From positions 1 through 64,000 of the forward strand of contig CABMCB010000059.1 of assembly GCA_902384455.1 (NCBI GenBank): a DNA stretch of 64,000 nt, written 5' to 3'. The notes under the pieces are model-generated. The model did no database searches. It was not told where the DNA came from and saw nothing but the letters and a program-made list of their open reading frames with translations. Shown piece after piece: positions 62,077 through 64,000 of the stretch (its first letter is position 1; each line of letters starts with the position of its first letter). Made by a program: the position numbers and the translations under genes. The DNA is from an uncultured archaeon (GTDB taxonomy: Archaea; Altiarchaeota; Altiarchaeia; IMC4; SCGC-AAA252-I15).

Positions 62077-62337
62077 ATGGCTAAAACGACTGTAGAATTG
62101 ATTGTGGCATACCTGGCCGCGCATGGCGGACAGTGTCGAGAGCGGATGTTGGTTCGAAGACTGCAGCGCCGGAAGGATTTTCGCGAGACAATCGCTAGAC
62201 TTGGAAAGAATGACATCGTCCGGTCTAGCGGAATGGGAACTAAGACTGACCCAAAGATGCTGACCCTCGCGGCATCGCATAACAAGCTGTGCCCGAACTG
62301 CCAAGGTTTAGGATTCGTTCGCGAGGTGACGCTGTGA
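62077..62337 (+). CDS. Small putative DNA-binding protein
   Basis: GGAGG RBS; wHTH-like segment plus CPNCQGLG. Confidence 0.6.
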   Translation: MAKTTVELIVAYLAAHGGQCRERMLVRRLQRRKDFRETIARLGKNDIVRSSGMGTKTDPKMLTLAASHNKLCPNCQGLGFVREVTL

Positions 62338-62702
62338 GACATCTATGCATCACAAGAGAGCAGTTCAAATCACCGTGTGTCTATCAGTTTTTGAACGCGG
62401 AGGGAATTGTCATTTATATCGGCAGAGGAAAAGACTGGTCTCGACCGTTTAGAAAACACGCGACGAAGAACACAGAACCAACTCGTCACGATGTTGAACA
62501 TGCGTGGCGCGACCCGTACGGACGCAGATACCAGGACAAGAGGCCGCAAGCGTTCGCCGAGGCCCACGAGATTCGAATATTCCCATGCGCGACAATCGAG
62601 GATGCGACTGCACTGGAACGCCTGCAAATAGGCGAACACAAACCGAAATACAATAAGCACCATAATCCAGACCGATGTGCACATCAAGGGCCAAAGATTT
62701 AG
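62334..62702 (+). CDS. GIY-YIG nuclease
   Basis: CVYQF...IYIGRG...R..KH...LE...I...PKYN. Confidence 0.8.
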   Translation: MRHLCITREQFKSPCVYQFLNAEGIVIYIGRGKDWSRPFRKHATKNTEPTRHDVEHAWRDPYGRRYQDKRPQAFAEAHEIRIFPCATIEDATALERLQIGEHKPKYNKHHNPDRCAHQGPKI

Positions 62703-62749
62703 CCAGTAGTACTATTGCGCTCTGACCCGGCGCACCGTATCATTGGCTC

Positions 62750-63052
62750 ATGTCAACCAAAACCATCTTCGAAACCGAAACCTGCGGACGCTGCGGCGGC
62801 TCAGGACGTCATTCATACTGCCAGATGTACGGCGACACCTGCTTCGGATGCTCCGGCTCAGGCAAGCGGTACTCAAAGCGCGGTCAGGCCGCTGGCGACC
62901 GCTGGTACATCGTTCCGTTCCGGCTTTGGAAGTATTGCGACATCAACATGCGCATGCGCCGCGTTTGGGACTACGACCGCAGCCAAGCCGGTCGGCAGTT
63001 CGTCGGCAGCATGATGTTCTACGCTGGCAAGCAATCCTGGAGGACGATATGA
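62750..63052 (+). CDS. DnaJ-type Zn-finger protein
   Basis: CGRCGGSG and CFGCSGSG. Confidence 0.7.
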   Translation: MSTKTIFETETCGRCGGSGRHSYCQMYGDTCFGCSGSGKRYSKRGQAAGDRWYIVPFRLWKYCDINMRMRRVWDYDRSQAGRQFVGSMMFYAGKQSWRTI

Positions 63053-63493
63053 TGGAACTGCTGTTGTTTGACATCCGAGTGGTCAAGGTTCTCAAGGCCA
63101 CCAACGCGTGCATGCACTCAGTGATGTGTGCAGAGCGTGACCGCGATGAACGCGCCGTGCAACTACGCGGCAAGGTCTTTCGGCTCGCGTTCAAAGAACT
63201 CCATAATTGGAGCAAAAACTCTCCATTATTGGAGGCACGATGAGCAGGCTAACGGTACTCTTCGGTAACTCAATTCCGGACGCGGTAGGCTTCATCGTCG
63301 GCGACGCGTGGCTAGCAGTCAGAGGAATCTATGATACGTTTAGACAAATCAAAGGACGCACGGCGCAGGGCAAGAAAGCACGCACAAAGGATTGCTGCGT
63401 CTGGCGGTATTCAGAGCGTCACGACCCGCGTGCTTGCGGACAAGCGAACGCGTCTGCTGAACAAGGCGCAGCGCCGCGACGAAAGGATTGACA

Positions 63494-63763
63494 ATGGGTA
63501 ACCTACAGTATCAGGTATCCCGCAAGGTGTCCTGGAAGGACCAGGCGAATGCACGAGCAAGGCTCAACGCGTATCTGCGCACCGTGCACATGGACTCGCA
63601 CGCGGTCAACACGGTCGAGAACATGGAGCGATTCGCGAGAGAGATTCGAACAGCGTGCGACACCCCGGAGTGCAAAGGGCACGGCATCTACATCTGGCGC
63701 GGGAAGCACTATTGCACGAAGCATAAACCAACCATACCGTACACCACCAGATACCAGTTCTAG
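63494..63763 (+). CDS. Small Zn-finger protein
   Basis: CDTPEC...YCTKH; AAGGA RBS. Confidence 0.55.
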   Translation: MGNLQYQVSRKVSWKDQANARARLNAYLRTVHMDSHAVNTVENMERFAREIRTACDTPECKGHGIYIWRGKHYCTKHKPTIPYTTRYQF

Positions 63764-64000
63764 TACTCCGGTACCAGTTGAAAATCGGTACTAAAGTACC
63801 ATTGCGTCTTTTCAGCTTCCATGCGAGAATGTATTCACGATAGAGATGGCGAGGATAGCAGCCCCTGATGCGGCCCGGTCCTCGCCCCCTCTGGTAGAAT
63901 CTCTCAGAGCCAAGGCGTTCGAGGCAAAGCACGAAAGCCTGTCTGACCCGCGAGTAGAGATTCTTTCCGAGGGTAACACCTCTACCAGCCTGCGATAAGT

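Overview
The window is a segment of a tailed dsDNA phage genome (podovirus-like, probably temperate). 1-14.3 kb (+ strand) holds small accessory genes behind sigma70-type promoters: a GT2 glycosyltransferase, two metallophosphoesterases, a GH108-like lysin, a Pth2-like peptidyl-tRNA hydrolase, an AAA ATPase, a tyrosine integrase and several free-standing homing endonucleases. 14.3-49.1 kb (- strand) is the virion module: large terminase, portal, scaffold, major capsid, adaptors, nozzle, three paralogous tail proteins, ejection proteins including a 1715-aa polyvalent protein, and a low-GC tailspike island. 49.1-59 kb (- strand) is an RNA operon. I read 35 tRNA genes covering all 20 amino acids, a compact (~284 nt) RNase P RNA (rnpB) with a reduced specificity domain, three circularly permuted tRNA-like RNAs (T arm, closed acceptor-like hairpin, D arm; YrlA/Y-RNA topology), and further structured spacers, several ending in CCA. 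61-62 kb is a non-coding switch region with phased short repeats and two IHF consensus sites; + strand early genes follow. The main candidate for a novel system is the phage tRNA-maturation and tRNA-mimic operon built around its own RNase P ribozyme. All calls were made by eye, with no database searches or folding programs, so protein family names rest on motifs and novelty is unverified.
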